A stretch of 64,000 bases of DNA from an uncultured Bacteroidales bacterium (GTDB taxonomy: Bacteria; Bacteroidota; Bacteroidia; Bacteroidales; UBA12077): positions 194 to 64,193 of the forward strand of contig CAZDCZ010000003.1 in assembly GCA_964504155.1 (NCBI GenBank). Direction: 5' to 3'. The notes below the pieces were generated by a model. It saw nothing but the letters and a program-made list of their open reading frames with translations. It had not been told where the DNA came from and made no database searches. Shown here in pieces: positions 19,093-28,527 of this stretch (positions are counted from its first letter, which is position 1; every line of letters begins with the position of its first letter). The translations under genes and the position numbers were made by a program.

Positions 19093-20667
19093 ATGAGAGA
19101 AAATTTTAAACTAACTATAAGCATTATAAAACACAAATTTAAAAACCCTTATTTACAAAATAGTATATTTTTATTCATTCTTGTAGGTTTGTTTTTTTTT
19201 CTTGGTTTAAATAAACTTTTCTTTGTAGGGCCGTATGGGATTCATTTCATGCGACAAACAGACAGCTTGTCTTTTGCTTCTAATTACTTTAACAATGGTT
19301 TTGCTTTTTTAAAACCTCAACTTTACAACTTAAAAAATATTAATGGAATGGCAGTTTGTGAATTTCCATTAACATATTATATCACAGCAATTTTCTATAC
19401 TATAATAGGTAAACATTTTTTTATTCAAAGACTAATACACCTATTTATTATTTACTTTGGAATATTTAGTATTTATAAATTAAGCAATTTTATTTTAAAA
19501 GATTTCACCTATTCTCTTTTAATAAGCCTTGTTGTTTTTACCTCGACTGTTTTTAACTACTATTCTTTTAACTATTTACCAGATATTCCGGCACTGGGAT
19601 TTGTTCTTATCGGATGGTTTTATTCATACAAATATCAAAATAACAATAAAACTATTACTTTAATACTTTCTTTCGTCTTTTTTACTTTGGCGAGTTTAAT
19701 AAAGGTTACATATCTAATAAATCCAATTGCAATAATAATTTTAGCAATAATTTCATTAATATTTAATAAGAAAAAAACGCTAATGTCAAACAGACTTAGG
19801 GTTTTATTATATGGATTGTTTTCTATATTAATAGTCTTGTCTTGGAATATTTTCGTTTTATATTATAATGATTTATATAGCTCCACTTCTTTTAACACAA
19901 AGCCTTTGCCTATTTGGATTTTACATCAAGATAAAATAAAAATTATATGGGATCATATTAGCAATTATTGGTATAACAGTTACTTCTCGAAAGAAGCATT
20001 TTATTTAATTTATGCGTTTATTATATTGCAAATTCTTTTTATAAAAAAATCGAACAAAAACATTTCTCTACAAATACTAATATTATTTTTCGGGAACTTA
20101 ACTTATTTCATACTTTTCTATAAACAATTTCAAGACCACGATTATTATTTTCTGGCATTTTTCCCTCTAGTTTTATTAATTCTAATAAATGGAATTAAAA
20201 CTTTACAAAACACTATTAATAATAATGTTATTCATTCAATAATTAAACTAATAATATTTGTAATAATCATTGTAGGCATAAATCATTCTAGAAATAAATT
20301 AAACAACAGACTAATCTTCAAAAAGGATATTTATTCACAAACAGGTTTACTAATAAACGAGAATATAAAAAACATTCAAAATCTAAACATCAGTCCTTTG
20401 GCAAAATTCATTGTTGCTCCGGATTTATGTCAAAATGGTGGTTTATTTTATTTAAACAAATCGGGATGGAATATAGAAAAGACAGAACAAATAACTTTGA
20501 AAAAAATAAAGGAATACAAAAATAAAGGAGCCGAATATTTATTACTGGCAAGCACAGAAAACTCGATCCTACAAATTGGGAAAAAATCAGGTAAGTTAAT
20601 TTTTAAAAATAATGAAATAAGTATATATAAACTAAATAAAGACATTAACTTAAATGAAATTAATTAA
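19093..20667 (+). CDS. Large polytopic membrane protein, GT-C fold glycosyltransferase-like (ArnT/PMT family 39/83-like)
   Basis: 524 aa with about 11-13 TM helices followed by a soluble C-terminal domain of about 120 aa. The first loop carries acidic and aromatic residues (HFMRQTDSLSF). The gene sits beside polyprenyl-phosphate GT2 genes. Confidence 0.5.
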   Translation: MRENFKLTISIIKHKFKNPYLQNSIFLFILVGLFFFLGLNKLFFVGPYGIHFMRQTDSLSFASNYFNNGFAFLKPQLYNLKNINGMAVCEFPLTYYITAIFYTIIGKHFFIQRLIHLFIIYFGIFSIYKLSNFILKDFTYSLLISLVVFTSTVFNYYSFNYLPDIPALGFVLIGWFYSYKYQNNNKTITLILSFVFFTLASLIKVTYLINPIAIIILAIISLIFNKKKTLMSNRLRVLLYGLFSILIVLSWNIFVLYYNDLYSSTSFNTKPLPIWILHQDKIKIIWDHISNYWYNSYFSKEAFYLIYAFIILQILFIKKSNKNISLQILILFFGNLTYFILFYKQFQDHDYYFLAFFPLVLLILINGIKTLQNTINNNVIHSIIKLIIFVIIIVGINHSRNKLNNRLIFKKDIYSQTGLLINENIKNIQNLNISPLAKFIVAPDLCQNGGLFYLNKSGWNIEKTEQITLKKIKEYKNKGAEYLLLASTENSILQIGKKSGKLIFKNNEISIYKLNKDINLNEIN

Positions 20668-20708
20668 TTCTAAATTTTGAGTATAAAAACAATAATAATT
20701 GAATAATA

Positions 20709-21650
20709 ATGAGAAACAATTTTAAATTAAGTCTTGTAATTCCTTGTTATAACGAAGAAGATAATATTAGTTTTCTATATGAAAATATTATCACATATAT
20801 AAAAGAATACTCATACGAAATTCTTTTTATTAACGATGGAAGTACCGACAAGACTTTAAGCGAAATTAAAACTCTTTCAGAAAAATATCAGAACATAAAA
20901 TACATTTCATTATCGCGAAATTTTGGTCATCAGAATGCATTAAAAGCCGGATACGACAATTCATCAGGAGATTGTGTTATTAGTCTGGATGCCGATTCGC
21001 AACATCCCGCATATCTGATAAAAGATATGATTGCTAAATGGCAAGATGGCTATGATGTTGTATATACTATTAGAAACGACAATAATGCTAGATTTATCAA
21101 GAAATACTCATCAAAATTATTTTACAAACTAATAAATAAACTTAGCAACACAGAGATTCATCAGGGAGCTGCAGATTTTCGTTTATTAGACAAAACAGTG
21201 ATTAATGAAATACGTAAACTCAACGAGAATTATCTTTTCATACGTGGACTTATCTCGTGGGTAGGGTTCAAACAAATTGCAATACACTACACTCCCGAAG
21301 AACGACATACAGGAAAAACGAAATATTCGACAAAGAAAATGCTAAATTTAGCATCATCGGGGATAACATCCTTTAGCACAACTCCTTTAAAGTTTTCTAT
21401 TTATTTAGGTTTCTTTATTGCAATTTTTGCTTTTTTATACGCCCTTTATGCTATTTATATTGCTAGTTTTACAAGCAAAGCATTACCAGGTTGGACATCG
21501 ACTATTGTTAGTATTCTGTTTATTGGCGGGATACAATTATTTATGATTGGAATATTAGGAGAATATCTCGGGAAATTATTTATTGAAAATAAAAGAAGAC
21601 CAAACTATATAATTCAAGAAAACAACTTAGATATTAATAAACATGACTAA
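20709..21650 (+). CDS. GT2 polyprenyl-phosphate glycosyltransferase (GtrB/ArnC/DPM1-like) with two C-terminal TM helices
   Basis: 313 aa. It has LSLVIPCYNEEDNI, the DxD context SLDADSQH and a C-terminal pair of TM helices, which is the GtrB/ArnC architecture. Confidence 0.8.
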   Translation: MRNNFKLSLVIPCYNEEDNISFLYENIITYIKEYSYEILFINDGSTDKTLSEIKTLSEKYQNIKYISLSRNFGHQNALKAGYDNSSGDCVISLDADSQHPAYLIKDMIAKWQDGYDVVYTIRNDNNARFIKKYSSKLFYKLINKLSNTEIHQGAADFRLLDKTVINEIRKLNENYLFIRGLISWVGFKQIAIHYTPEERHTGKTKYSTKKMLNLASSGITSFSTTPLKFSIYLGFFIAIFAFLYALYAIYIASFTSKALPGWTSTIVSILFIGGIQLFMIGILGEYLGKLFIENKRRPNYIIQENNLDINKHD

Positions 21651-23373
21651 TTTCTTTAGAAAAAATCTATCTATAATATCAATCTGGATAGTATTAATAG
21701 GAATAGTATTTTTAAACTTCAGTCATCATAATTGGCAAAGAGAAAATGGTGTAATTCAATGGGATATAAAATCGTATTATGCCTATTTGCCCGCAACATT
21801 TATTTACAAAGATTTATCCTTAGATTTCAGAGAAGAAAATTTCGGAAAATTCGGTAATCTTATTTGGCCTGTTAAAACTCCTACCGGAAAACAAGCTATA
21901 ATAACATCAATGGGAATGTCGGTTTTATATTCTCCGTTTTTCTTTATAGCACATACAATATGCAAATTTACTCAATACGAAGCAGATGGATATACATTAC
22001 CTTATAAATTTGCCTTAGTCTTTAGTGCTTTGTTTTATTTAGCATTAGGCTTATTCTTTCTGCGGAAGATATTATTACGATATTTCTCTGATTTTACATC
22101 GGCTATAACAATTCTGAGTATTGTTGCGGGAACTAATTTACTGTATTACTCGTCGTACGAAGCAGCCATGCCGCATGTTTACAACTTCTCGTTAATTACT
22201 GTATTCGTATATATGGTAATTAAATGGCACGAAAACACAAGTGCAAAAAGAACAATCGGCTTGGGATTATTAGGTGGTTTAATTACTCTTATTCGTCCAA
22301 CAAATATTCTTGTATTATTAATATTATTGTTGTGGGACATAAAATCGTTTTCGGAATTTAAAGAACGAATATTCTTTTTCCTTAGAAAATACAAACTTGT
22401 TATATTAATGATTATATCATTTGTTCTTGTTTGGGTTCCCCAATTTTTATACTGGAAATATATTGCAGGTAAATTTCTATATTTCTCGTATGGTGATGTT
22501 GGAGGTAAATTCTTTTTTAATAATCCACAGATTTTCAATATCCTTATTAGCTATAAAAAAGGTTGGTTGGTTTATACCCCTTTAATGATATTAGCAATAG
22601 CCGGGATTTTTATATCTTTTAAAAAATTTAAAACTTTCGCAGTTCCAAGTTTAATTTTTCTATTATTAAATATTTACATATTGTCGTCGTGGTGGTGTTG
22701 GTGGTTTGGTGGGAGCTTTGGACTAAGATCTTTTATCGATTCGTATGGAATTATGGCAATACCATTAGCTGTTACAATCGATTTCTTTTATAAGAAAAAA
22801 TACTTAAAGTTTATTGGAATTCCTTTAGTTGGAATTCTAGTTTTATTTAATATTTTTCAAACACAACAATATACTCATCAGGCAATTCACTATTGGTGGA
22901 TGAATAAAGATGCATATTGGGAAACATTTTTAAAATTAAGACCTACCGATAAATATTGGGATTTAATTACAATACCCGACTACGAAAAAGCCCGAAAAGG
23001 AATTTATGTAGCAATTAAGCCCGAGAATAAAAAGAGAAAACCTAAAATCGCTGCAAGTAAAAAAGAGATTTCGCAATTAATAAAACGCGACATATATTCC
23101 GATTCATTAAAAATGCTATCATTAAAAAACATTGCACAAGAAAATAAATTAGTACTCGATTCTGTCATTAATAAAGAAATATTGAAATCGTTCTCAAATG
23201 ATAATTTAGAATTATATAAAAAAGAAATTATTATTTCTAAATTAGAGATATCAATTCGTGAAAATCCCGATATGATGAAATCAATGATTCGGAAAGCAAA
23301 AAAGAAAAAAATAAGTGTCGATTCTATGATTACTCTAGATGCAAATTGGCTTTATAAAAAAAACAAATACTAA
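21643..23373 (+). CDS. Large polytopic membrane protein, GT-C-like glycosyltransferase candidate
   Basis: 576 aa. The start ATG overlaps the preceding stop (ATGACTAA, 8-nt overlap), suggesting translational coupling. It has about 11 TM helices and a hydrophilic C-terminal region of about 170 aa. The early loop reads GVIQWDIKSYYAYLP. Confidence 0.5.
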   Translation: MTNFFRKNLSIISIWIVLIGIVFLNFSHHNWQRENGVIQWDIKSYYAYLPATFIYKDLSLDFREENFGKFGNLIWPVKTPTGKQAIITSMGMSVLYSPFFFIAHTICKFTQYEADGYTLPYKFALVFSALFYLALGLFFLRKILLRYFSDFTSAITILSIVAGTNLLYYSSYEAAMPHVYNFSLITVFVYMVIKWHENTSAKRTIGLGLLGGLITLIRPTNILVLLILLLWDIKSFSEFKERIFFFLRKYKLVILMIISFVLVWVPQFLYWKYIAGKFLYFSYGDVGGKFFFNNPQIFNILISYKKGWLVYTPLMILAIAGIFISFKKFKTFAVPSLIFLLLNIYILSSWWCWWFGGSFGLRSFIDSYGIMAIPLAVTIDFFYKKKYLKFIGIPLVGILVLFNIFQTQQYTHQAIHYWWMNKDAYWETFLKLRPTDKYWDLITIPDYEKARKGIYVAIKPENKKRKPKIAASKKEISQLIKRDIYSDSLKMLSLKNIAQENKLVLDSVINKEILKSFSNDNLELYKKEIIISKLEISIRENPDMMKSMIRKAKKKKISVDSMITLDANWLYKKNKY

Positions 23374-23377
23374 TAAA

Positions 23378-24466
23378 ATGCTTAATAGTAAGACCATAGC
23401 TGTTGTTGTACCTGCTTATAACGAAGAAACTCAAATTGGAATGGTTATAGAAACCATGCCCGATTTTGTAGATCGTATAATTATTGTTAACGATTGTTCA
23501 ACAGATAGCACAGCTGATATTGTTAGAAAATACCAAGGGAAAATTTTCCGGACTTTACCTGATAATAAAAGAGATGAATCGGAAAATAATATTTATTCTA
23601 GAGCCGAAGAAATTATTCGCAAACAAAACAAAATAGAACTATCGTATTTTGCTAAATCAGAAGTTCTTCATGAAAATATTAACGACAAGATTATATTAAT
23701 TAATCTCTTAAAGAATTCAGGTGTAGGTAGTACAATAGCTAGAGGTTACAAATGGGCAAAAGACAATAATATTTTCTGCACAGCTGTAATGGCTGGCGAC
23801 GGACAAATGGACCCGCATGAGTTAGAACTAATCTGTAATCCTATAATAAACGAAAATATCGATTATGTAAAAGGCAACAGGCTAACTCACAAAAGCGCCA
23901 AAATACTAATACCAAAAACAAGATTTAGAGGCAATTCCATACTTTCTATATTAACAAAAATTGCATCGGGATATTGGCATGTATCCGACAGTCAGACAGG
24001 ATACACAGCAATTTCGAACGCAGCTCTTAACTCTATCGATTTATATAAGATATACCATAGTTACGGAGTTCCAAACGACATTCTTGTAAAACTAAATATT
24101 GCTTTTTGCACAATAAAAGAAGTTAATATTAAACCTGTATATGATATTGGTGAGAATTCGAAAATGAAAATTCGAAAATTAATTCCAAGAATATCGTGGT
24201 TGTTATTAAAATTGTTTTTTAAACGACTTTGGGTTAAGTATTTATATAAAAGCTTCCACCCATTATTTATATTATATAACATTGCAATACTCATGCTACT
24301 AATTGCAATACCATATGGGATAAAAATATTAATAATTATTTTAAAAGGAGCAGACGCAAATCCTTTAACGGTTCTTGCTTTTACATTTCTTTTTATTAGT
24401 GGATTTCAATCTTTACTTTTTGCTATGTGGATGGACATGCAAGATAATGAAAGATTATATAAATAG
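23378..24466 (+). CDS. GT2 family glycosyltransferase with C-terminal TM helices (dolichyl/undecaprenyl-phosphate sugar synthase-like)
   Basis: The start is set at the in-frame ATG at 23378 (MLNSKTIAVVVPAYNEE) rather than the track start at 23339, which overlaps the upstream gene. It has IIVNDCSTD and a DGQMD (DxD-like) motif, plus C-terminal TM segments. Confidence 0.75.
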   Translation: MLNSKTIAVVVPAYNEETQIGMVIETMPDFVDRIIIVNDCSTDSTADIVRKYQGKIFRTLPDNKRDESENNIYSRAEEIIRKQNKIELSYFAKSEVLHENINDKIILINLLKNSGVGSTIARGYKWAKDNNIFCTAVMAGDGQMDPHELELICNPIINENIDYVKGNRLTHKSAKILIPKTRFRGNSILSILTKIASGYWHVSDSQTGYTAISNAALNSIDLYKIYHSYGVPNDILVKLNIAFCTIKEVNIKPVYDIGENSKMKIRKLIPRISWLLLKLFFKRLWVKYLYKSFHPLFILYNIAILMLLIAIPYGIKILIIILKGADANPLTVLAFTFLFISGFQSLLFAMWMDMQDNERLYK

Positions 24467-25354
24467 CTTTTTATTAAATTTTAGAACTAATGCCAATATA
24501 AAACTAAATATCTCGCCAGATATAAACCACAAACGCGAGACCACAGAAATAGTAACAGCAGTTTCTACATTAATTCCTGTTGATGTTAAAAACAAGACCA
24601 TTATTCCTTCGCGCACACCTATTCCTCCGGGCATAACAATTGCAAGAACACCATAACATACGCTTATTGGAAATGCAAAAGCCGAAATAAAAGCTACATC
24701 AGGCATTACTGATTTCACAAAGAAATAAAAAGCAAAAATCCATATTGCCCAATATATTAATATAAACCCACTTACTTTTAACGACTTATTAAACTCTAAT
24801 AAGGGAATATTAATTTTCTTTTTGAAAACTCTTTCGAAAACATTAACAACAAATTCGTGAAATATATTTGAAAATAACAAAGCCACTAAGCCTATTATCG
24901 ACACAAAAACAAGTATAGAATAATACGAGAATTTATCAAATATCAACACTGCAGGAAAACTAATCAATAAACCTAATAATATATATATTAATTGCTCTTT
25001 TAAAGATAATGCCGAAACAAATTTAAAAGAAAAACTCTTAGACGAAACCTTATACGCTCTACCCAAAATAACCCAAATTTTTCCGGGAATATATTTTGCA
25101 AAAACAGAAATCCCATGAGAATACACCGCAAATAAAGGTTTTACATTAATATTATATACTCTTAAAATATTCCACCAACTTAACATACTAACAAAAAAAC
25201 CAAGCCACAATAAAACAATAGACAATATAAGATATGTGTAATTAAATTTTATTTTACTAAAACTTAAATAATCGAATCGGAACAAATACACTACCAAAAA
25301 TACAATAGAAACATATATCAAAATTTTGTATATAGTCTTAAACATAGTTTTCAT
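24455..25354 (-). CDS. Flippase-like domain protein (lysylphosphatidylglycerol synthase TM region / UPF0104 family)
   Basis: 299 aa with about 8 TM helices and the conserved PGGIGVREG motif of the LPG_synthase_TM/UPF0104 family. Its 3' end overlaps the convergent GT2 gene by 12 nt. Confidence 0.7.
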   Translation of the reverse strand: MKTMFKTIYKILIYVSIVFLVVYLFRFDYLSFSKIKFNYTYLILSIVLLWLGFFVSMLSWWNILRVYNINVKPLFAVYSHGISVFAKYIPGKIWVILGRAYKVSSKSFSFKFVSALSLKEQLIYILLGLLISFPAVLIFDKFSYYSILVFVSIIGLVALLFSNIFHEFVVNVFERVFKKKINIPLLEFNKSLKVSGFILIYWAIWIFAFYFFVKSVMPDVAFISAFAFPISVCYGVLAIVMPGGIGVREGIMVLFLTSTGINVETAVTISVVSRLWFISGEIFSFILALVLKFNKKLFI

Positions 25355-25608
25355 TATTCAGTTTTTACAATGTATATTTATTTTTTACTGCAATTATTCC
25401 AAAAAGCCAATATTACGATTTTTAGCGATTTTTTACCTGTATCAGAAAAAGCAAAATTGCTAAAAATCAAAACTCCCTTTAGAATTATAACAAAACCTGA
25501 TTTTAAAATTTTCGCTTATTACCTCTTTTCAAAGTAAACTTATTACTTTGAAATTAAAATAATCATACATTTATGCTTATTATTAACAAATAATTAATTC
25601 TAACACTA

Positions 25609-27243
25609 ATGATAAAAAACAAATATCTTCATTTACACGATAAAACAATATTCGCGATAAGTATATTACTAAACATAATTTTTATAATCCTTGTTTTTGC
25701 CAATCTAAACGAACATCAAATCTACACATATCTTAATTCCGACACTTTATACCTCCCATCAATATTCAAAGATCTTTTTATCGATAAATCGGGACTATAC
25801 GGTTGGCATCTGAATGGAGCTCCTAACTTTTTCCCCGATATGATATTGTATTTTATCATAAATGCAATATTTAAAAATTTCATACTTTCAATGTTCATCT
25901 TCAGCATAATACAATATTCTGCTATATTACTATTATTTTATAAATTATTTAAAACACTTAATATAAATATAAAACTAATTCACATCTCGGCAGCAAACTT
26001 AATTATGTTATTATTCTTTTTTGTGTCGTTAATAACAAAAGATTTTGTTTTCACATTTTATCTTCTTAGCGTCAGCTACCATCTTGGTGCTTTTGTTATG
26101 ACAGTTTTATGTTTAATTTTTACGTTTAATTACATCAATAAAAATGATAACAAATTTTTATATTATTTGTTATTTTTCGGAACTCTTGCAACAATAAGCG
26201 ACCGACTATTTATTATAATGTACACCTTACCCTTATTAAGTTTAAGTATACTTTTCTTCTTTAAACAATACAAGAAAACTTTTATTAAACTATTTTCAAC
26301 TATACTTTCGTTTACTGCACTTGGACTTATTATCTTTAAAATATTAAAGACCTCATCGTATATTCATATCATTAGTTTATCGTGGAAATTCTTGAATATC
26401 GGCAATATTAAAAATTCTTTCAATATAATGATGGGACAACATCTTAAATACATTTCGCTATTGGATTTAAGAGGTCTTATTGTTATTTTATCGATGATTT
26501 CGTTTCTAATAATCCTGGGAATTCTTGCAAATAACCTATATAAATTATTTAAATCGAAAGAAATTAATAACAGTATTATCATAGAAACTGCATATTTATT
26601 ATTCTCAACATCGTTTTGTTTAATAGTGTTTTTTATGCCTGTAATAAATGGTAATTACGTTAGCTGGGCAATGCTTCGATATAATATTTATGTATTCTAT
26701 TTATGTATTTTCAATTACGCATATATTTTATACTTCTTTTCTGAGAAAAAATATATTATCACGAAAGTACTCCAAACAACAATTATTATTGCCACTATTT
26801 TTTTAGTTTTCATCTCAATACGAATATCCGGAAAAACCGAGATAAAACAAAACTTAACAAAGTTCTTCAACTATTATCCAACGAAAGTAAAAAACATTGA
26901 CGAAGCTGCAGAGAAAAACAATTTAAAATTTGGGGTAGCCAATTATTGGTATGCAAAATATATTACTATGTTCTCGAAACAAGATATTAGATTATATACA
27001 GTACACGATAATCTATGTCCATGGTATCATGTTATGAACGAAAATTGGTATTATAAAAACGAGAAAGGGAAATTTAAAAATCCTGAATTTACTTTTATAA
27101 TTTCTAATAGTATTAATAAAGATATTATTACTAAAAAGTTAGGTATTGCAAAAGACACAATACAATGTGATAACGATATTCAGATATTAAAATACGAAGT
27201 TTTTAAATACGATAAGGCAACAAGACAACCAATTATTAAGTAG
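25609..27243 (+). CDS. Large polytopic membrane protein of unknown function (third GT-C-like candidate)
   Basis: 544 aa with about 12 TM helices and a soluble C-terminal domain of about 130 aa. The first periplasmic-loop-like segment is LNSDTLYLPSIFKDLFIDKSG. Confidence 0.4.
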   Translation: MIKNKYLHLHDKTIFAISILLNIIFIILVFANLNEHQIYTYLNSDTLYLPSIFKDLFIDKSGLYGWHLNGAPNFFPDMILYFIINAIFKNFILSMFIFSIIQYSAILLLFYKLFKTLNINIKLIHISAANLIMLLFFFVSLITKDFVFTFYLLSVSYHLGAFVMTVLCLIFTFNYINKNDNKFLYYLLFFGTLATISDRLFIIMYTLPLLSLSILFFFKQYKKTFIKLFSTILSFTALGLIIFKILKTSSYIHIISLSWKFLNIGNIKNSFNIMMGQHLKYISLLDLRGLIVILSMISFLIILGILANNLYKLFKSKEINNSIIIETAYLLFSTSFCLIVFFMPVINGNYVSWAMLRYNIYVFYLCIFNYAYILYFFSEKKYIITKVLQTTIIIATIFLVFISIRISGKTEIKQNLTKFFNYYPTKVKNIDEAAEKNNLKFGVANYWYAKYITMFSKQDIRLYTVHDNLCPWYHVMNENWYYKNEKGKFKNPEFTFIISNSINKDIITKKLGIAKDTIQCDNDIQILKYEVFKYDKATRQPIIK

Positions 27244-27248
27244 ATTTG
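27241..27248 (+). promoter_or_regulatory. Candidate -7 box (TAGATTTG) for hydF
   Basis: TAnnTTTG match 27 nt upstream of the ATG at 27275. It overlaps the stop codon of the preceding gene. Confidence 0.3.
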
Positions 27249-27274
27249 CAATATAATATTATAAATATTTACAA

Positions 27275-28504
27275 ATGACTAAAGGCAAAGAATCGAAACC
27301 ACATATAGGAATTTACGGACGACGTAATAATGGCAAAAGTACTTTAATAAATAATCTTGCAGGGCAAGATATTGCAATCGTATCGGACTATGCAGGAACA
27401 ACAACCGACCCTGTAAAAAAATCGTTCGAGATTACGGGCTTTGGACCGGTAATACTTATAGATACTGCCGGAATAGACGATAGCGGAGAATTAGGAGAAA
27501 AACGAATCGACACAACCCTAAAAACAATTAAAACAATAGACCTGGCTATTTTAGTTATTACTCACAACACATTTGCCGAATTCGAAAAAAATCTTATTGC
27601 CGAATTTAAAAATTCCGATACTCCATATTTTATTATTCATAACAAATCGGATATTGAAAAATTAGAATTAAACACTAAAACAAAAATATTAGCTTTTGAC
27701 AACTCCGAAATTCTTGAATTCAGCAATCATAAAAATAAAAATATAGATATCATAATAGAGCAGATAAAAAAAACAATTCCCGAATCGGCATTAAAATCTA
27801 CTTCTTTAGTTGGCGATTTAATATCGTATGGCGATATTGTTTTACTCATCACTCCTATTGATATTGAAGCTCCGGCAGGAAGATTAATATTACCCCAAGT
27901 TCAGGCAATACGCGATATTATCGATAACGATGCAATTGCAATAGTTCTTAAAGAGCGTGAAGTAGATGCTTTTCTTCGCAAAACACAAATAAAACCTAAG
28001 TTAGCAATTACCGACAGTCAGATATTTAACAAGGCAGATGCATCTATTCCAAAAGATATTCAACTTACAAGTTTTAGTATTGTATTAGCTCGTTATAAAG
28101 GCGATTTCGAAAATTACTTAAACGGAACACCAAAAATCTCGGAGCTAAAAGATGGCAATACTGTTTTACTTTACGAATCGTGTACACATCACGTATCGTG
28201 CGACGATATTGGAAGAGTCAAAATCCCTCGATGGTTATCGAACTTTACCGGTAAAAAACTCGAATACGAAGTAGTTTCGGGTTTCGATAATCTTAAAAAA
28301 GACATTACAGAATATTCGCTTGTTATACAATGTGGCGGATGTGTAATTACTCGTAAACAATTAATTAACAGACTAAAACCTGCAATAGATGCCGGCGTTC
28401 CTGTAACAAATTACGGTATGGCTATTGCTTACGTTCAGGGAATATACCAAAGAGCCATTGCTCCATTTGTTAAGATAGACAAATCGGAACTAGACTATTT
28501 ATAA
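27275..28504 (+). CDS. hydF: [FeFe]-hydrogenase H-cluster maturation GTPase HydF
   Basis: 409 aa. GTPase motifs are G1 GRRNNGKS, G3 DTAG and G4 NKSD. The C-terminal FeS-cluster cysteines are in the HydF arrangement: ESCTHH, then 46 residues, then QCGGC. Confidence 0.85.
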   Translation: MTKGKESKPHIGIYGRRNNGKSTLINNLAGQDIAIVSDYAGTTTDPVKKSFEITGFGPVILIDTAGIDDSGELGEKRIDTTLKTIKTIDLAILVITHNTFAEFEKNLIAEFKNSDTPYFIIHNKSDIEKLELNTKTKILAFDNSEILEFSNHKNKNIDIIIEQIKKTIPESALKSTSLVGDLISYGDIVLLITPIDIEAPAGRLILPQVQAIRDIIDNDAIAIVLKEREVDAFLRKTQIKPKLAITDSQIFNKADASIPKDIQLTSFSIVLARYKGDFENYLNGTPKISELKDGNTVLLYESCTHHVSCDDIGRVKIPRWLSNFTGKKLEYEVVSGFDNLKKDITEYSLVIQCGGCVITRKQLINRLKPAIDAGVPVTNYGMAIAYVQGIYQRAIAPFVKIDKSELDYL

Positions 28505-28527
28505 TCTCAAGAAACTGTATTTGAAAA

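Noticed and set aside
24375-24656. 93-aa plus-strand ORF spanning the GT2 / flippase-like gene junction
   Set aside because: It overlaps the 3' ends of two well-supported convergent genes in other frames and has no motif. It is most likely spurious.
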